From Candidatus Actinomarina sp. (GTDB lineage: Bacteria > Actinomycetota > Acidimicrobiia > Actinomarinales > Actinomarinaceae), in NCBI GenBank assembly GCA_038147085.1, contig JAYQSV010000001.1, positions 874,578 through 938,577 on the forward strand: a stretch of DNA of 64,000 bases, written 5' to 3'. The translations under genes and the position numbers were made by a program. This document shows, one piece after another, positions 63,714 through 64,000 of the stretch. The notes under the pieces were generated by a model. It did no database searches. It was given only the letters and a program-made list of their open reading frames with translations, and was not told the origin of the DNA. Within the stretch, counting starts at the first letter, position 1, and each line of letters starts with the position of its first letter.

Positions 63714-64000
63714 TTAACTCCTGTGCTTTGATTTTCAAGAAATAAAGATCTGTAACTCTCAACTTCTTCAAGTAAGTCTGTGTGACTACCTTGAGCTTTT
63801 ACTTTCCCATTTTCTAAAAATACAACTTCATCACAAAGTTCAATAGTTGGAACTCTATTTGTAATGATTAATGTAGTCATATTATTCATAACACTTTTTA
63901 GTTCATTTCTAATTTCTTCTTCAGTAGAAGCATCAACTGCTGACAAAGCATCATCCAAAATTAGAACTCTTGGTTTTCTAATAATTGCTCTAGCTAATGC
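63710..64000 (-). CDS. ABC exporter half-transporter, C-terminal end only (partial; continues past window end)
   Basis: Reads ...ALARAIIRKPRVLILDDALSAVDASTEEEI..., covering the Walker B, D-loop and H-loop region. ATGA-type overlap with the next exporter suggests a heterodimer pair. Confidence 0.8.
   Translation of the reverse strand, partial: ALARAIIRKPRVLILDDALSAVDASTEEEIRNELKSVMNNMTTLIITNRVPTIELCDEVVFLENGKVKAQGSHTDLLEEVESYRSLFLENQSTGVK

Noticed and set aside
1-64000. UGA reassignment (code 4 or 25) as an explanation for the broken genes in a low-GC reduced genome.
   Set aside because: RF2 is present and carries a UGA-dependent autoregulatory frameshift site. Genes such as E2, pyrR, pyrB and sufE end cleanly at TGA. 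Reading through TGA 435..433 gives nonsense followed by another stop.
1-64000. A search for tRNA, rRNA, tmRNA, SRP RNA, riboswitches, CRISPR arrays, IS elements and integrases.
   Set aside because: The largest non-coding gaps are 162, 120, 88, 79 and 76 nt. All are AT-rich divergent promoter spacers without structured GC-rich stems. No repeat-spacer pattern is present, and no transposase or integrase-like ORF.

Overview
This window is AT-rich (roughly 30% G+C by eye) and extremely compact. It holds about 60 protein genes. By my hand tally of gaps, only ~0.85 kb (about 1.3%) is non-coding. I saw no tRNA, rRNA, CRISPR array, transposase, integrase or prophage.

Gene content and local synteny suggest a genome-streamlined, low-GC actinobacterium. 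The supporting blocks are prfB-ftsE-ftsX, manB / SIS-type PGI-PMI / ahcY, a small gene divergent from cofD(fbiA)-cofE(fbiB), a class A PBP with PASTA repeats, sufB-sufD-Rieske-sufC, and a mycobacterial-type FumC. A marine Ca. Actinomarinales-like organism is my guess and cannot be verified here.

Contents in order:
- Cell division and secretion operon: manB, pgi/pmi, ahcY, secA, prfB, ftsEX, and a coiled-coil hydrolase.
- A GT2 / GtrA / GT-C glycosylation trio with a small zinc-ribbon gene.
- F420 genes cofD and cofE.
- Sugar-nucleotide genes and prpD plus a citrate synthase.
- PBP1A, pepA, a PduO-type adenosyltransferase, and a giant SpoIID/LytB wall protein.
- tkt.
- A 2-oxoacid dehydrogenase operon with fused E1 alpha-beta and fused LipB-LipA.
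- sufC-sufS-sufE, gpt, and a BMP-family nucleoside ABC transporter.
- A complete pyrR-pyrB-pyrC-carA-carB-pyrF-pyrD-(pyrE-like) operon.
- sufB-sufD-Rieske-sufC-fumC-rpiB.
- An M23 peptidase, an orphan SPPY DNA methyltransferase, and two ABC exporters.

The window is mostly housekeeping, and I found no convincing defence or mobile island. The items most worth a second look are:
- A pervasive TANNNT-N6/7-ATG (leaderless-type) start architecture.
- Every convergent gene pair overlaps, four of them through a shared TTAA stop.
- The canonical prfB +1 frameshift, plus three further +1 frame breaks in real genes.
- Miniaturised or fused enzymes: a 225-aa PyrD, a 118-aa PRT in the pyrE slot, LipB-LipA, E1 alpha-beta, and a single-domain CofE.
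- A ~130-aa insertion inside the PBP transpeptidase domain.
- A split, duplicated suf system.

All coordinates were hand-indexed from the printed sequence.
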